This document shows positions 41,447 to 43,199 of a stretch of 43,199 nucleotides of DNA, one piece after another. Both the position numbers and the translations under genes were made by a program. A model generated the notes under the pieces. That model did no database searches. It was not told the origin of the DNA and saw nothing but the letters and a program-made list of their open reading frames with translations. The stretch is from a virus, in the IMG/VR virus record IMGVR_UViG_3300028902_000016. One strand, written 5' to 3'. Position 1 is the stretch's first letter; each line of letters opens with the position of its first letter.

Positions 41447-42398
41447 ATGCAAAGTCGAGGGAGAAGAGGGGAAGAGGATCTGCGCCGAGAAGCAAAGAGC
41501 CTACTTGGAAGGACCCGCTCCATTGCTTCCGGGCTGTCTGGGTGAATTTGTCGAGACCGTCTGGTGGCCCCGAATCAAATCATCCTGCACCCTTGAAACC
41601 AGGCGCATGTACAAGGGACTCCTGGACAAGCACCTCAGTGTGTTCTATCACCGTCAATTGGATGACATCAGGCTGGAAGATTTGCAGCCGTGGGTCATGG
41701 GGATCGAACTCAGCGCGAAGTCGGTTCACAACATCTTCGGGGTGATGTCGGGAATATTGGAGCTTGCTCACAAGGTCGGACGCTACTCAAGAAAGGATCA
41801 TAGGCTCGTCGTCTTGCCTGAGATCGTGAAGCAGCAACGACAGGCGATAGACATCGACAAGGTGAAGAAGATTATTGAGGCGAGCAAGGGAAGTGCGTTG
41901 GAGGGTCCTATTTGGACAGCCGCATACCTTGGACTCAGACGCAACGAGGTCTGCGGTCTGAAAGTTCCGCACATAGAATTGGGGGAGGGGGCCAGGGTCA
42001 GCGTTCAGGACAACCGCCAAGCATGCGGCGAAACCCAGAAGCTCAAAAGCAAGCCGACCGGCCAATCGAGGGTCCTCCATCTGCCGAGATGGATGGGTGA
42101 GAAGCTGTTATCGTTCAAATCGCCCGATTCGATCTACCTCTTCATCGCGGATGGCAAACCGATTCACCCGAAGAGGATAACGGTCGGCATGGAGAGGATC
42201 TGCGAAGCGGCGGGAGTGGAGAGAATGAGGTTTCACGATCTGAGACATGCCTGCCGGTCCAACTTATCGGCTGCCGGAGTTCCCGAGGTTGTGATTATGC
42301 AGATTCTCGGACACACCGACTACCAAGCGAGCCTTGGATACCAAGGAGAGCAAGCAGGAAGACAAATGGACGCTTTTAATAGACTGGCGTCCCTATGA
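41364..42398 (+). CDS. int: Tyrosine integrase (344 aa)
   Basis: C-terminal catalytic pattern: GLRRNEV (Arg), RFHDLRHACRS (H-x-x-R), ILGHTDYQASLGY (His...Tyr). Lies next to the tRNA-like att site. Confidence 0.85.
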   Translation: MFVKPRWDDKNKRWECSTGSGQSRRWFRCKVEGEEGKRICAEKQRAYLEGPAPLLPGCLGEFVETVWWPRIKSSCTLETRRMYKGLLDKHLSVFYHRQLDDIRLEDLQPWVMGIELSAKSVHNIFGVMSGILELAHKVGRYSRKDHRLVVLPEIVKQQRQAIDIDKVKKIIEASKGSALEGPIWTAAYLGLRRNEVCGLKVPHIELGEGARVSVQDNRQACGETQKLKSKPTGQSRVLHLPRWMGEKLLSFKSPDSIYLFIADGKPIHPKRITVGMERICEAAGVERMRFHDLRHACRSNLSAAGVPEVVIMQILGHTDYQASLGYQGEQAGRQMDAFNRLASL

Positions 42399-42417
42399 AA
42401 GACAGGAGGAAAAGAAG

Positions 42418-42732
42418 ATGAAGAATCTGAGTGAAGAGAAACGTCCGGCAGATTGGAACGGATGGTCGCACGAGGAGCGATGCCGCGCAATCCTGGACAT
42501 GATTAACGATGCCACCAAGCCTAAATTTCCATACAAGATTCATGAACTCGGCTCGTTTGGTCCCGGCGAATGGGAGAAGTTAGAGGTAGTTCTCGCCACG
42601 TCATTCTATATGCTTGGAGACGACGGGCCATCAGGTGGATGGTTCCGCGACTGTATGCGCCAATGGTTTGGTAATGCTGATATCAGGATGCAGCGAATCC
42701 TAGAGAAGATGTCCGAAAGGAGTCCTGTATGA
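42418..42732 (+). CDS. Hypothetical protein between int and attP (104 aa)
   Basis: ATG at 42418 with GGAGGA 8 nt upstream. Confidence 0.55.
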   Translation: MKNLSEEKRPADWNGWSHEERCRAILDMINDATKPKFPYKIHELGSFGPGEWEKLEVVLATSFYMLGDDGPSGGWFRDCMRQWFGNADIRMQRILEKMSERSPV

Positions 42733-43019
42733 GTAATTTTCCAACCAAAGATGCGCACGACAAGGCAGAGTTGGAACACCGCGAGCGGCTTGCATCGATG
42801 CTTAAGCAAATATGCCCAAAGCAAACATGGTGCCAGTGCCCGGTGTGTGGTACGGATGGCTACCGTCCAAACTTAATGGCACTATTCTTCAACGAGGAAT
42901 CCGAACGGTATGAAAACTCATGCCCGGATTGCTATACGGCGATCACGCTTTCCATCATCAAAGCCCCAACCCCGGCCAAGAAGGTGGACAGGCGTCTCTA
43001 TGATGTCACCCCTGCCTAG
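42729..43019 (+). CDS. Zinc-ribbon protein between int and attP (96 aa)
   Basis: CPVCG ... CPDC motif pair. ATGA overlap with the upstream gene. Confidence 0.55.
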   Translation: MSNFPTKDAHDKAELEHRERLASMLKQICPKQTWCQCPVCGTDGYRPNLMALFFNEESERYENSCPDCYTAITLSIIKAPTPAKKVDRRLYDVTPA

Positions 43020-43058
43020 GTCTAGGTGTAACCCCCTGGTCGATTTTAGGTTCAAAAT

Positions 43059-43199
43059 ATGGGTGCGGGAGTAGGATTCGAACCTACGACTTTAGGTTCA
43101 AGGGGGTGACAAATTGCCCCCAGATTTGAACCTACAGGTTCAGTAGACAGACGTGCGGGGTGACACCTGCGATAGAGGAGGAAAGAAGATATGAAATAC
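43059..43199. repeat. Terminal direct repeat, copy 2
   Basis: Same 141 bases as 1-141, ending with the first 9 nt (atgaaatac) of ORF 133..354. Confidence 0.9.

Overview
The window is a complete, circularly closed genome of a temperate, siphovirus-like tailed phage (Caudoviricetes). Bases 1-141 are repeated exactly at 43059-43199, so the unique unit is 43,058 bp.

Gene layout:
- About 35 kb is transcribed on the minus strand from a divergent switch at 35573-35619. The order is: Cro-like HTH, early genes (LuxR-type HTH, RuvC-like resolvase, replication protein, DnaB helicase), a ~930-nt ORF-free leader, the lysis cassette, ParB-methyltransferase, then TerS/TerL, portal, S49 protease and HK97-type capsid. 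These are followed by head-tail connectors, major tail protein, a G/GT frameshifted chaperone, tape measure, and a long tail-tip/fibre module.
- The plus strand carries an S24-type CI repressor and a rightward early operon: YqaJ-like exonuclease, RecT, DEDD exonuclease, PD-(D/E)XK nuclease, Xis-like HTH and tyrosine integrase. This operon ends at an attP region that contains a tRNA 3'-half look-alike.

Most notable observations:
1. The 927-nt hairpin-rich non-coding region (28777-29703) has three tandem minus-strand intrinsic terminators immediately upstream of the late genes. It is a candidate large structured RNA or antitermination leader.
2. A TPR plus GT9-like glycosyltransferase gene is inserted in the head-tail connector module behind its own terminator.
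3. A translationally coupled 64-aa protein in the fibre module is built from a 27-nt tandem repeat (GCPxxRW x3).
4. Two plus-strand genes are embedded in the minus-strand tail module.
5. The immunity region is lambda-like, with a repeated TTTTTGTCA motif on both flanks of cI.
6. Several credible ORFs lie below the 60-aa cutoff of the supplied track.

I found no rRNA, no complete tRNA and no CRISPR array. All functional calls rest on motifs I recognise by eye plus gene order; no database search was possible.
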